A stretch of 46,772 bases of DNA, from positions 1-46,772 of the IMG/VR virus record IMGVR_UViG_3300034894_000013. The stretch is one strand, 5' to 3'. The notes under the pieces were generated by a model, which had not been told where the DNA came from, ran no database searches, and saw only the letters and a program-made list of their open reading frames with translations. Position 1 is the stretch's first letter, and every line of letters starts with the position of its first letter. The position numbers were made by a program, and so were the translations under genes. This document shows, piece by piece, positions 46,736 to 46,772 of the stretch. Source of the DNA: a virus. Its lineage: Duplodnaviria > Caudoviricetes.

Positions 46736-46772
46736 TGATACCGGAAAGAAACGCGCAACTCAAAGCGGGGTT
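46646..46772. repeat. Terminal direct repeat, copy 2 (circular assembly overlap)
   Basis: Identical to 1-127. Confidence 0.95.

Overview
This window appears to be a complete, circularly permuted genome of a tailed dsDNA phage of siphovirus type, 46,645 bp unique. Bases 1-127 repeat exactly at 46646-46772, and the neuB/methyltransferase gene junction reads through that overlap. The + strand (35083 -> end -> 12983) carries terminase, portal, protease/scaffold, capsid, head-tail connectors, a non-contractile tail, two paralogous fibres and lysis genes. The - strand (34626 -> 12967) carries primase-helicase, an orphan NrdG-like radical SAM protein, an SNF2-like helicase, SSB, a VRR-NUC-like nuclease, a family A DNA polymerase and many small early genes. 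I found no integrase or clear repressor. Most notable: (1) an eight-gene nonulosonic (sialic-like) acid synthesis, activation and transfer cassette (two Maf/sialyltransferase-like GTs, GT4, NeuA, NeuB, methyltransferase, NanE, HAD phosphatase) inserted inside the head-morphogenesis operon, suggesting a self-sialylating virion; (2) tRNA-shaped RNAs whose anticodon arms are replaced by longer structures; (3) a 152-codon insert in the protease/scaffold, flanked by a 13-bp direct repeat that encodes a putative QAF cleavage motif, suggesting packaged cargo. All product calls come from motif recognition by eye; no database searches or folding programs were run.
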